Positions 27,177-37,076 of a stretch of 64,000 bases of DNA are shown here, piece by piece. The notes under the pieces are model-generated. The model made no database searches, had not been told where the DNA came from, and saw only the letters and a list, made by a program, of their open reading frames with translations. The translations under genes were made by a program, and so were the position numbers. The stretch's first letter is position 1. Each line of letters opens with the position of its first letter. Source of the DNA: Kiritimatiellia bacterium (lineage in GTDB: Bacteria > Verrucomicrobiota > Kiritimatiellia > RFP12 > UBA1067); the NCBI GenBank assembly GCA_051884805.1, contig JBJEWA010000010.1:3901-67900 (forward strand), given 5' to 3'.

Positions 27177-27225
27177 GTCCCCGCTTCCGACGGCGGAGGC
27201 GCAACTGCTATGGCGGACGGTGACT

Positions 27226-28602
27226 ATGAACGGCGAGACAGGCGATTGGCTGAACTCAGGCGATTCGAAGGAATACTTCGAGCTGCTCAGGTTTCCCACG
27301 GTCGGGGCGGATCCGAACCGCCTCAGAGAGTGCGTAGCGTGCGCGACGTGGCTGAAACGGTGGCTGAGGGGGATCGGGGCTGAGGCGGAACTGATTGTCC
27401 CGCGCGCCGGCGACTTCCAGACCTCGGTTCCCGTGGTCTTCGGCGAGCTTAGAGGGCCGGAGGGCGCGACGACCGTCCTCCTCTACGGGCATTACGACGT
27501 GCAGCCGCCGGATCCGCTCGACCAGTGGGCGACGCCGCCGTTCGAGCCGACGTTCCGGGACGGGCGCGTCTGCGGCCGCGGCGCTCAGGACGACAAGGGC
27601 CAGTTCTTCGCCTTTCTCTGCGGGGTGCGCGAGCTCGTCGCCTCGGCCCCGAAGCGCAACTTCAGCCTGAAGATCGTCCTCGACGGCCAGGAGGAATCTG
27701 GCTCCGCCGGGCTTTTCCGGCTGCTGGCGGACGCGGCCTTCCGCAAGCGCCTGCGCGCGGACGTGCTGCTCGTCTCGGATACGTCGGCGGCGGCGGACCT
27801 GCGTCCCGCCATCGTCGCGGGCCTGCGCGGCGTCAATCACTTTACCGTGACGCTTCGGGCGGCGAACCGCGACCTGCACAGCGGCGAGTACGGCGGCATC
27901 GCGTCGAACGCCGCGCAGGGGATGGCGGAGCTGATGGCGTCGTTGCACCATCCGGACGGCTCCATTGCCGTTGCCGGCTTCCGGGACGGCGTCGAGCCGC
28001 CGAGCCGCGAAGAACTCGCGGCGGCGGAGGCCGGCTTTGCCGACGAGGCGGCGTATGCGGCGGACATCGGCACGGAGCCGTGCGGCGGACAGCGCGGCCT
28101 GTCGGTCGTCCAACGCAACTGCTTCGAGCCGACGATCGAGCTGAACGGCATCCACTCCGGCTACGGCGGACCGGGCTCGAAGACGGTGATTCCCTGCGAG
28201 GCGATCGCGAAGCTCTCGACGCGGCTGGTGCCGGGGCAGTGTCCGCGGGCGGCCTACGAGGCGGTCAGGCGGCATCTGGAGGAACGTTGTCCGCGCGGCA
28301 TGCGCGTCGAACTTTCCGAGCTGACGGGCGAAGCCCCGGGCTTTCGCCTGCCGCTGGCCTCGCCGCTGTTCCGCCTGGCGGAGGACGTGCTGCGCGAGCT
28401 CGACCCGCGCGGGGCGGTCTTCCAGTGGGACGGCGCGTCGATCCCGGTCGTCTCCGCCTTGCGCGAGGCCACCGGCGCGGCGCCGCTGCTCGTCGGCTGG
28501 GGCCAGCCGGAGGACCGCATCCATTCGCCGAACGAAAGCTATTCCGTGCGCCAGTTCCGGCTGGCGAAGGAATGGGCGAAACGAATCCTGTCGGCATTCT
28601 GA
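27226..28602 (+). CDS. M20 family dipeptidase/deacylase
   Basis: Motifs LLYGHYDVQP and RGAQDDKGQ, with M20 dimerisation-domain layout. Start chosen downstream of the predicted -10. Confidence 0.75.
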   Translation: MNGETGDWLNSGDSKEYFELLRFPTVGADPNRLRECVACATWLKRWLRGIGAEAELIVPRAGDFQTSVPVVFGELRGPEGATTVLLYGHYDVQPPDPLDQWATPPFEPTFRDGRVCGRGAQDDKGQFFAFLCGVRELVASAPKRNFSLKIVLDGQEESGSAGLFRLLADAAFRKRLRADVLLVSDTSAAADLRPAIVAGLRGVNHFTVTLRAANRDLHSGEYGGIASNAAQGMAELMASLHHPDGSIAVAGFRDGVEPPSREELAAAEAGFADEAAYAADIGTEPCGGQRGLSVVQRNCFEPTIELNGIHSGYGGPGSKTVIPCEAIAKLSTRLVPGQCPRAAYEAVRRHLEERCPRGMRVELSELTGEAPGFRLPLASPLFRLAEDVLRELDPRGAVFQWDGASIPVVSALREATGAAPLLVGWGQPEDRIHSPNESYSVRQFRLAKEWAKRILSAF

Positions 28603-28606
28603 AACC

Positions 28607-29251
28607 ATGGACGAACTGGCGAAGATCCTGATAGTCGAGGACGATTCGACGATTCGCACCATCCTGGAGATGGCGCTGCTCGGCGCGGGCTTCAAGGAAA
28701 TCTCGACGGCCGCCCGCGGGGACGAGGGGCTTGCGGAGGCGCGGCGGCTCAAGCCGGATCTCGTCCTCCTCGACCTGATGCTGCCGGGGCTGGACGGCTT
28801 TGCGGTCGCCCGGCGCATCCGCGAAACGCCGGAGCTGGCTGCGACGCGGATCATCATGCTGACGGCGCGGACGCAGCGCGAGGACATCGTGCGCGGGCTC
28901 GAATGCGGGGCGGACGACTACGTCACCAAGCCGTTCGACCGGCTGATCCTGCTGGCGCGGGTCCGCGCCGTCCTCCGGCGCGGGCCGCCGGCGACCGAAG
29001 GCGTGGAACTCGACGGGCTCAGGATCGACGAGGCGAATCGCATCGCGACCCTGCGCGGCAAGGCGCTCGACCTGACGCCGGGCGAATTCAAGCTGCTGGT
29101 CCGGCTCGTCTCCCATCGCGGGCGCGTCTTCGTGCGGCCGGCCGACGAGCGGACGATTGACGTGCAGGTCGCGAACCTGCGCCGGAAGCTCGGCAAGTGG
29201 AGCGGACACATCGAGACGATCCGGGGCGTGGGCTACCGCGTGCAGGCGTGA
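28607..29251 (+). CDS. OmpR-family response regulator
   Basis: Receiver domain ILIVEDD ... DLVLLDLMLPGLDG, and a winged-helix end IETIRGVGYRV. Confidence 0.9.
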   Translation: MDELAKILIVEDDSTIRTILEMALLGAGFKEISTAARGDEGLAEARRLKPDLVLLDLMLPGLDGFAVARRIRETPELAATRIIMLTARTQREDIVRGLECGADDYVTKPFDRLILLARVRAVLRRGPPATEGVELDGLRIDEANRIATLRGKALDLTPGEFKLLVRLVSHRGRVFVRPADERTIDVQVANLRRKLGKWSGHIETIRGVGYRVQA

Positions 29252-29259
29252 GCGGCGGA

Positions 29260-30453
29260 ATGGGCGAGCGGGAAGGGGAGTGGCTGCCGGTGCTGCTGGC
29301 GGCGGTGGCGTTCGTTGTCTTCCTCGCGGCCTTCGGCTGGGAGCTCTTCGCCTACCAGCGCAAGGTCGTGGAGTGGGCGCGGCGCGACCTGCAGTCGCGG
29401 GTGAACCTGGCGGCCGCGAATCTCGAAGATCCGCTCCGGACCCAGGACTTCCGGAAGATTCACGCCTTCGGCGACCAGTGCCGGGCCGAGGGTGTCCGCC
29501 TGATCGTCTCCGGACGCGGTGGCGGCCGGATCTTCGATTCCCGGCAGGCGTCGCAGAAGGAGCCGCCCGCGTTCAGCGCACAGGCCGAATGCGGCGAATA
29601 CGTCGTCTCGATCGGCATTCCGCCCTCGCGGGTATACGCGCCGTTCCGGCTGGCCGTCATCGGGTTCTGCCTGGCCGCTCTCGTCGGCATCGCGGGCGTG
29701 CTGCTGTTCTTTCTCGTCACCTACCGCCAGCGCGTACGCATCCGCGAGCTGCGGCGGCTGGAGGCGTTCCGCCGCGAGTTCATCGCGGACGTCTCGCACG
29801 AGATCCGGACGCCGCTGACCGGCATCCTCGGGGCCGTCGATCTGCTGGAGGGGGACTCGCCGCTCGTGCCGCTCATCCGCAAGGAGGCCAACCGCCTCAA
29901 CGGACTGGTCCAGTCGATTCTCGACCTGGCCCGCCTCGAACACGAAGGCGAGACCCTGAATCTCATCGAGACCGATGCGGGCGAACTGGTCCGCGAGACG
30001 GTCGAGTCGCTGGCGCCCGTCGCCCGGGCGGCGGGCGTCGAGCTGACGTGTCCGCAGTCCGGCTCCGGCGACGCCCTCCGCGTGCGGCTCGATCCCCGGC
30101 TGACGGCGCAGGCCGTGTCGAACCTGGCGACGAACGCCATCCGGCATTCCGGCGCCAAGGCCGTGGCGCTTTCCGTGACGGCGGACGCGAAGCGCGTGCG
30201 GATCGCCGTCGAAGACCACGGCGTCGGCATCCCGTCCGCCGAGGCGGGGCGAATCTTCGAGCGCTTTCGCCGCGTCGATCCCTCGCGTGCCGCGGAGACC
30301 GGCGGCGCGGGACTGGGCCTGGCGATCGTCCGCCGGATCGCCCGGCTGCACGGCGGCGAGGTGACGCTGGAGCCGGTCGTCCCGCACGGGTGCCGCTTCG
30401 TGCTCGAACTTCCCCGCCGCCGACCGGGCTTGCGCCAATCCTCCGTCCGTTAA
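29260..30453 (+). CDS. Sensor histidine kinase
   Basis: Two TM helices flank a ~110-aa outside loop. H-box SHEIRTPL, N-box NLATNAIRHS, G-boxes EDHGVGIP and GGAGLGLAIV. Confidence 0.85.
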   Translation: MGEREGEWLPVLLAAVAFVVFLAAFGWELFAYQRKVVEWARRDLQSRVNLAAANLEDPLRTQDFRKIHAFGDQCRAEGVRLIVSGRGGGRIFDSRQASQKEPPAFSAQAECGEYVVSIGIPPSRVYAPFRLAVIGFCLAALVGIAGVLLFFLVTYRQRVRIRELRRLEAFRREFIADVSHEIRTPLTGILGAVDLLEGDSPLVPLIRKEANRLNGLVQSILDLARLEHEGETLNLIETDAGELVRETVESLAPVARAAGVELTCPQSGSGDALRVRLDPRLTAQAVSNLATNAIRHSGAKAVALSVTADAKRVRIAVEDHGVGIPSAEAGRIFERFRRVDPSRAAETGGAGLGLAIVRRIARLHGGEVTLEPVVPHGCRFVLELPRRRPGLRQSSVR

Positions 30454-30466
30454 CATCCCGTTAACA
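30447..30466. repeat. Direct repeat CCGTTAACA x2 with 11-bp periodicity
   Basis: Copies at 30447-30455 (contains the kinase stop TAA) and 30458-30466. A TAGAAT -10-like hexamer lies at 30476-30481. Confidence 0.7.
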
Positions 30467-30519
30467 GCCGTCGGATAGAATGTGCGGCGTTCGACAAGAA
30501 CAGAAAGGCAAGGTTAGCA

Positions 30520-31383
30520 ATGAAAAGCAAAAAGCAACTGACGGGAACGATGGCGTTCGCCCTGGTGGCGATGGCGGCAATCGGCTTTGCCGCGGCGACT
30601 AACGGCGAGAAGAAGGACAGCTCGCAGAAGTCGTCGGAAGCGTCGGTCGTGACCAATGACAACGGAACTGTCGCTCGCACCTTCACCGAGTGCACGGTCT
30701 CCACGAACGGCAGCATGGTGACGGAGCGTCGCCGCGAGACGCGCACGACGCTCGACACCGACGGCAACGTGCTCGAGTCGTCGACGAGCGAATACGCCCA
30801 GAGCTATTCGGTCGGCGACGTCGGCATGACCTCCCTGAAGCCGTCGATCTGCGCGAGGGTCGGCGGAGAGGCGCCGGCGGTCAGCGCCGATTCCTTCATG
30901 GGGCTGAAGTTCGGCGAGGAGTTCAAGGGCACGAACTTCGTGAACGACGCGGACGAGCCGACGCTGCTCCGGGCGACGTTCACGCCGAAGAAGGCGCTCG
31001 CCGGATTCGACGACTACTACGTCTACGTGACGCCGAAGACGCACAAGGTCGTGAAGGTCTACGCCTGCGCGAAGAAAGCCGTCGAGCCGGGCGCCCGGTG
31101 GCGTCGCCATTACCTCATCGAGGCCCTGGAGAAGCGGTATCAGACCTGGGCGCGTCCGCGCAGCTCGTTCCGTCCGATCTACAGCTTCGACATCGGCGGC
31201 GGTCGCTACATCACGACCTGCCTCACCGGCGCCTCGCAGAGCTACGAGACGATCATCGTCGCGTGGGACGACGCGCTCCTGACGACGGCGGCGGACGAGA
31301 CCGAGGCGATCCGCGTCGAGGCCCGCAAGGCCGCGGCCGAGAAGCGCAGCGCCCGCGTCAGCGATGCGGCCGACGCCTTCTGA
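30520..31383 (+). CDS. Hypothetical secreted protein
   Basis: Signal-peptide-like N-terminus MKSKKQLTGTMAFALVAMAAIGFAAA. No recognisable domain. Confidence 0.6.
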   Translation: MKSKKQLTGTMAFALVAMAAIGFAAATNGEKKDSSQKSSEASVVTNDNGTVARTFTECTVSTNGSMVTERRRETRTTLDTDGNVLESSTSEYAQSYSVGDVGMTSLKPSICARVGGEAPAVSADSFMGLKFGEEFKGTNFVNDADEPTLLRATFTPKKALAGFDDYYVYVTPKTHKVVKVYACAKKAVEPGARWRRHYLIEALEKRYQTWARPRSSFRPIYSFDIGGGRYITTCLTGASQSYETIIVAWDDALLTTAADETEAIRVEARKAAAEKRSARVSDAADAF

Positions 31384-31409
31384 TCCGTCCTCAGCCAGCC
31401 GGAGCGGAA

Positions 31410-32192
31410 ATGAAGTCGCTGCTTGACCTGATCGAAAGGACGCTGGACGAGGTGCTGCCGTCGGCGGACGAACGTCCGGCGGTGCTGTCGGAGGCGATGC
31501 GGTACGCCGTCGGGACGGGCGGCAAGCGGATCCGTCCGCTGGTCTGCCTGGCTTCGGCCGTGGCGGCCGGCGGCCCGGCCGAAGCGGCGAAGTATCCCGC
31601 GGCGGCAATCGAGATCCTGCACAACTACACGCTTGTCCACGACGACCTGCCGGCGATGGACGACGACCGCGAGCGCCGCGGCCAGCCGACCGTCTGGGCG
31701 AAGTTCGGCGAGGCGAACGCGATCCTGGCGGGCGACGCGCTGTTGGCGCTGGCCTATCGCGTCGCGGCCCGGGCGCCGCAGAATGTCGCGGCGATCGTCG
31801 ACGTGCTGGGCGAGATGGGCGTCGGCGTCGTGCGGGGTCAGGTCGAAGACGTCGGGTCGGACGGCCGCGCCGGCGTGCCGGCGCCGGCCGACGACTTCGT
31901 CTACGAGCACAAGACCGCCGACCTGTTCGTGGCGGCGGCGACAATGGGCGGCCTCGCCGTCGGCGGCTCGGCGGCGGACGTCGCGGCGCTTCGCGACTTC
32001 GCCCTGAACCTCGGGCTGGCCTTCCAATACGAGGACGACCTTCTGGACGGGGACGGCCTTTATCCGCAGGCAGCGACGGAACGCCTGGTCCGGGAGAAGA
32101 CGGCGGCGGCGCTTGCCGCCCTGGACCGTCTTTCCGGCGACGCGTCCCTGCTCCGCGGCCTCTCGCAACGGCTGGCCGTCCGGACGGCCTGA
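31410..32192 (+). CDS. ispA: Polyprenyl (farnesyl/geranylgeranyl) diphosphate synthase
   Basis: First Asp-rich motif LVHDDLPAMDDDRERRG and second FQYEDDLLD. Tail of track ORF 30690-32192. Confidence 0.85.
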   Translation: MKSLLDLIERTLDEVLPSADERPAVLSEAMRYAVGTGGKRIRPLVCLASAVAAGGPAEAAKYPAAAIEILHNYTLVHDDLPAMDDDRERRGQPTVWAKFGEANAILAGDALLALAYRVAARAPQNVAAIVDVLGEMGVGVVRGQVEDVGSDGRAGVPAPADDFVYEHKTADLFVAAATMGGLAVGGSAADVAALRDFALNLGLAFQYEDDLLDGDGLYPQAATERLVREKTAAALAALDRLSGDASLLRGLSQRLAVRTA

Positions 32193-32197
32193 AGGCA

Positions 32198-32240
32198 GGG
32201 CGGGCCTTCCGCCCGCCTCCGGGGCGGCGAATTTTTTTTT
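32198..32240 (+). terminator. Rho-independent terminator after ispA
   Basis: GC-rich alternative hairpins (GGCGGG/CCCGCC and CCGCC/GGCGG), followed by a run of nine T at 32232-32240. Confidence 0.55.
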
Positions 32241-32252
32241 CACGATACCCCC

Positions 32253-32282
32253 TTGCGCTCTGTCGGGGAGTTTTGGTATACT
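32253..32282 (+). promoter_or_regulatory. 16S rRNA promoter TTGCGC-N18-TGgTATACT
   Basis: -35-like 32253-32258 and extended -10 32274-32282. The upstream T-run could act as an UP element. A boxA-like GATCTTTGAAA lies in the leader. Confidence 0.5.
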
Positions 32283-32443
32283 ATGCACTCGTTCGCCCGA
32301 TGGCGGGTCGGCTCGTCCGGCCGCGGGGCGGCGCGATCTTTGAAAGTAGATGCTTGAGACGTGTCTCTGGAAGAGACATGGAACAGCAATGTTTGTGCGA
32401 GGGGAAGGGGTCCCGCGAGGGGTCCCGGAACACTCGAGATTGT

Positions 32444-33981
<1,538 letters not shown>

Positions 33982-34108
33982 CTGAGGAGACGGGGAGGAC
34001 GTCCGGAGCCGACGGCCGCAGGGCCGCGGACTGCGGCGCCCGACCCATGGTGAACTCCTCGCGCCGACATTGCTGCCTTCTCAAGAACCTGCTCGACCGA
34101 TCGGAACG

Positions 34109-34144
34109 ACGCATCTCCATCTCCATGGGGATGCGTTCTGTTTT
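34109..34144 (+). terminator. Hairpin plus T-tract downstream of 16S
   Basis: ACGCATCTCC / GGGGATGCGT stem with an 8-nt loop, followed by TCTGTTTT. Confidence 0.45.
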
Positions 34145-34244
34145 GCGAACTGACAGTGCGGAATACCTCTGCTGGCGCCATCTGCCCTCCGACCTGACCA
34201 CGGCGCCCATCGCGCTGCTCATCAGAAGCGAGACTACAATTTCC

Positions 34245-34272
34245 CGTACAACTTTCCACGTACAACTTTCCA
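34245..34272. repeat. Tandem 14-bp direct repeat CGTACAACTTTCCA x2
   Basis: Perfect copies at 34245-34258 and 34259-34272. A degenerate third copy (ACTACAATTTCC) lies just upstream. The repeat ends 12 bp before the -35 hexamer. Confidence 0.85.
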
Positions 34273-34284
34273 GTGACGGCGCCA

Positions 34285-34314
34285 TTGACTTTGGACGCCG
34301 GGAAACGCTATAAT
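34285..34314 (+). promoter_or_regulatory. Promoter TTGACT-N18-TATAAT for riboswitch-metE unit
   Basis: Near-consensus hexamers at 34285-34290 and 34309-34314. Confidence 0.6.
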
Positions 34315-34317
34315 TCG

Positions 34318-34442
34318 CGGCCAACGGGACGGTAACCGGAAAGACCTGTGGAAACCAGGCGCTGTCGCGCAACCGTAAAAGTCGGAAGACGGGCCGTCCT
34401 CCCATACAGTCAAGTACTCTCGCATGAGGGGGAAAGCTACCG
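34318..34442 (+). promoter_or_regulatory. Cobalamin (B12) riboswitch, short form
   Basis: Core ACGGGACGGTAACCGG...GTGGAAACCAGGCGCTGTCGCGCAACCGTAAA matches the GGGAA / GGTGAAAxTCC / GCxGCCCCCGCAACTGTAA core. AAGTCGGAAGACGGGCC matches the B12 box rAGYCMGgAgaCCkGCc at about 14 of 17 positions. It lies upstream of metE, a classical B12-riboswitch target. Confidence 0.6.
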
Positions 34443-34709
34443 ATGAAAAAACTGCTGTTCGCGGCCTTGGCCGCGGCAATCGCAGGCGTACGGGCCGATG
34501 AGGTCGGCCGCGACGCCCTGGTCACCAACCAGACCGGCCAACTGGCGCCGGTCGTCATCTCCGGGTCGCGCATCGGCGACATGGTGTCGCCCGTGTGCGT
34601 CTTCGCCGCGGCGGCGATGACGCGTTCCGGCGCGTGCAGATGCCGGCTGACGCTGCACCGGAACGCAGCGAAGAGCGTCCGGAGCGTCCCGACCGAAGGA
34701 GGCAGGTGA
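34443..34709 (+). CDS. Possible small ORF (88 aa) with signal-peptide-like N-terminus, or riboswitch expression platform
   Basis: GAGGGGG lies 8-10 nt before ATG 34443. GC3 is high. The stop TGA 34707-34709 abuts the metE ATG 34711. No homology recognised. Confidence 0.3.
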   Translation: MKKLLFAALAAAIAGVRADEVGRDALVTNQTGQLAPVVISGSRIGDMVSPVCVFAAAAMTRSGACRCRLTLHRNAAKSVRSVPTEGGR

Positions 34710-34710
34710 C

Positions 34711-36984
34711 ATGCAGACATCGATTGTCGGATATCCGCGCATTGGTGCGCAGCGTGAGCTGAAGTTTGCGGTCGAGCGGTATTTCAAGGGAGAATTGTCC
34801 GGCGAGGCGTTGGAGGAGACGGCTCGCGGATTGCGCGCCCGCCATTGGCGGCAGGTCGCGGCGGCGGGAATCGATTTCATCCCCTCGAACGACTTCTCGC
34901 TCTACGATACCTTTTTGGATGCGGCGATGCTCTTCAATTGCGTCCCGGCGCGCTACCGTGCGTTGGGGCTGGACGAACGGGATACCTGTTTCGCGATGGC
35001 GCGCGGCTATCAGGGACCGGCGGGCGACGTGCACGCGCTGGCCATGAAGAAGTGGTTCAACACCAACTACCATTACCTGGTGCCGGAACTGGAGGATGAC
35101 ACGGATGTCCGTCTGGCGGGCAGCAAACCCTTTGTCCACTACGACGAGGCCAAGGCGTTGGGCTTTGAAACGCGCCCCGTCCTGCCCGGTCCCTACACCT
35201 TCCTGAAGCTGGCGCGTTATCCGGGCCGCAGGCAGGCCGCCGATTTCGCCGGACCGCTGGTGGCGGCCTACGAGCAGTTGTTCGAAAAGCTGGCCGCGCG
35301 GAATGTGGCTTGGATTCAGCTGGACGAGCCTTATCTGGTGCACGACCAAAGCCCGGAAGACGTGGCGTTCTTTACCGCGCTCTACACCCGGTTGCTCGGC
35401 AACAAGCACGGATTGCGCGTGTGGCTGCAAACCTACTTTGGCGATGTGCGCGATTCCTACGCGGCGCTTGCGGCCTTGCCCTTCGATGCCATCGGGCTGG
35501 ACTTTGCGGAGGGACGCAAGACGCTCGAACTGGTGACGACGCAAGGCTTTCCCAAGGACAAGTTGTTGGTGGCGGGGCTTGTCAACGGCAAGAACATCTG
35601 GCGGGCGGACTACGGCAAGATTCTGGATACGCTTGAGGCGATTGCGCCGCAGGCCGGCGAAATCGTGCTGGGGACGTCCTGTTCCCTGCTCCATGTTCCC
35701 TACACGCTCGCCAACGAACCGAAACTCGCCCCGGCGGAGAAAGCCTACTTCGCCTTTGCCGAGGAGAAGCTGTCCGAATTGGCCGAATTGAAGCGCCTCT
35801 GCGCCGCAGCGTGTCCGCGCGAAACGTCCGCCTACCGGGCCAACCGCGCGCTTTGGGAGGCCGCCCGCCCGAACAGCGCCGATGCCGCCGTCGATGCGCG
35901 GCTGGCCCAGTTGACTCCGGACGACTTCACGCGCCGTCCGGCCTTTCCCGAACGCGCCGCCGTCCAGTCCGCCGAACTGAAGCTGCCGAAGTTTCCCACC
36001 ACGACCATCGGCTCCTTCCCGCAGACGGCGGACGTGCGCGCCAATCGCGCGGCATTCCGGAAAGGCGCGAAGAGCGCTACGGAATACGCTGCCTTCAACA
36101 AGGCCGAAACCAAGCGCTGCATCGAATTGCAGGAGCGGATCGGACTGGACGTTCTCGTGCACGGCGAATTCGAGCGCAACGACATGGTGGAGTTCTTCGG
36201 CGAGCACCTCGACGGCTTCCGCTTTACGGCCAACGGCTGGGTGCAGAGCTACGGCACCCGCTGCGTCAAGCCGCCGGTCATCTGGGGCGACGTCTCCCGG
36301 CGCGCGCCCATGACGGTGGACATGGCCGTCTACGCCCAGAGCCTCGCGCAGAAACCCGTCAAGGGCATGCTCACCGGGCCGGTGACCATTCTCAACTGGT
36401 CCTTCCCCCGCGAAGACATTCCCATCCGCCGGAGTGCGGAGCAAATCGCGCTCGCCATTCGTGACGAGGTGCTCGATTTGGAGGCCCACGGCATTCGCAT
36501 CATTCAGATTGACGAAGCCGCCCTGCGCGAAAAACTGCCGCTGCGCAAGAGCGATTGGCATTGCGCCTATCTCGACTGGGCGATTCCCGCTTTCCGCCTT
36601 GTCCACAGCGGCGTCAAGCCCGGCACCCAGATCCATACCCACATGTGCTATTCGGAGTTCAACGACATCATCGCGGAGATCGACGCCATGGACGCCGATG
36701 TCATCTCCTTCGAAGCTTCGCGGGCCGATCTGGCCATTCTCGATGCGCTCGCCGCCGCCAACTTCCGCACGGCCGTTGGCCCTGGCGTCTACGACATCCA
36801 CTCTCCGCGCATTCCCTCCACGGAGGAAATTCTCGGGCAGTTGCGCAAGATCCTGCGCAAGGTCGATCCCGCCAAGCTTTGGGTCAACCCCGATTGCGGC
36901 CTGAAAACCCGCGGTTGGGCGGAAACCGTGCCCTCGCTGGAGAACATGGTGCAGGCGGCCGAGGCCCTGCGTCGCGAAGCCTAG
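34711..36984 (+). CDS. metE: Cobalamin-independent methionine synthase
   Basis: 757 aa. [26 protein letters not shown]-terminus and C-terminal zinc-site region [12 protein letters not shown] ... PDCGLKTR. Confidence 0.95.
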   Translation: MQTSIVGYPRIGAQRELKFAVERYFKGELSGEALEETARGLRARHWRQVAAAGIDFIPSNDFSLYDTFLDAAMLFNCVPARYRALGLDERDTCFAMARGYQGPAGDVHALAMKKWFNTNYHYLVPELEDDTDVRLAGSKPFVHYDEAKALGFETRPVLPGPYTFLKLARYPGRRQAADFAGPLVAAYEQLFEKLAARNVAWIQLDEPYLVHDQSPEDVAFFTALYTRLLGNKHGLRVWLQTYFGDVRDSYAALAALPFDAIGLDFAEGRKTLELVTTQGFPKDKLLVAGLVNGKNIWRADYGKILDTLEAIAPQAGEIVLGTSCSLLHVPYTLANEPKLAPAEKAYFAFAEEKLSELAELKRLCAAACPRETSAYRANRALWEAARPNSADAAVDARLAQLTPDDFTRRPAFPERAAVQSAELKLPKFPTTTIGSFPQTADVRANRAAFRKGAKSATEYAAFNKAETKRCIELQERIGLDVLVHGEFERNDMVEFFGEHLDGFRFTANGWVQSYGTRCVKPPVIWGDVSRRAPMTVDMAVYAQSLAQKPVKGMLTGPVTILNWSFPREDIPIRRSAEQIALAIRDEVLDLEAHGIRIIQIDEAALREKLPLRKSDWHCAYLDWAIPAFRLVHSGVKPGTQIHTHMCYSEFNDIIAEIDAMDADVISFEASRADLAILDALAAANFRTAVGPGVYDIHSPRIPSTEEILGQLRKILRKVDPAKLWVNPDCGLKTRGWAETVPSLENMVQAAEALRREA

Positions 36985-37037
36985 GCCACCCGCCCGGAGA
37001 GCCGCAAACGCTACGTGACGCGGGGGCGGGGTGCGCC

Positions 37038-37067
37038 TTGACATACATACCAGGGAGTATGTATAAT
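37038..37067 (+). promoter_or_regulatory. Consensus promoter TTGACA-N18-TATAAT
   Basis: Perfect -35 at 37038-37043 and perfect -10 at 37062-67. 9 nt to ATG 37077, implying a leaderless or near-leaderless mRNA. Confidence 0.65.
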
Positions 37068-37076
37068 ATCGAATCT

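Noticed and set aside
27175-27225. Track start 27175 for the M20 peptidase, and ATG 61423 for gatB.
   Set aside because: Both ATGs overlap or directly abut the predicted TATAAT hexamer, so they would lie upstream of the transcription start. The downstream in-frame ATGs (27226 and 61429) give typical family N-termini.
34398-34432. Anti-Shine-Dalgarno pairing between CCTCCC (34398-34403) and GAGGGGG (34426-34432) as the riboswitch OFF mechanism.
   Set aside because: Antiparallel pairing by hand gives only 4-5 contiguous base pairs. That is too weak to assert without a folding calculation.
36985-37037. Possible terminator hairpin after metE (CACCCGCCCG ... CGGGGGCGGGGTG).
   Set aside because: The stem is imperfect with bulges, the loop is about 25 nt, and there is no T-tract. 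It cannot be supported as an intrinsic terminator from sequence alone.
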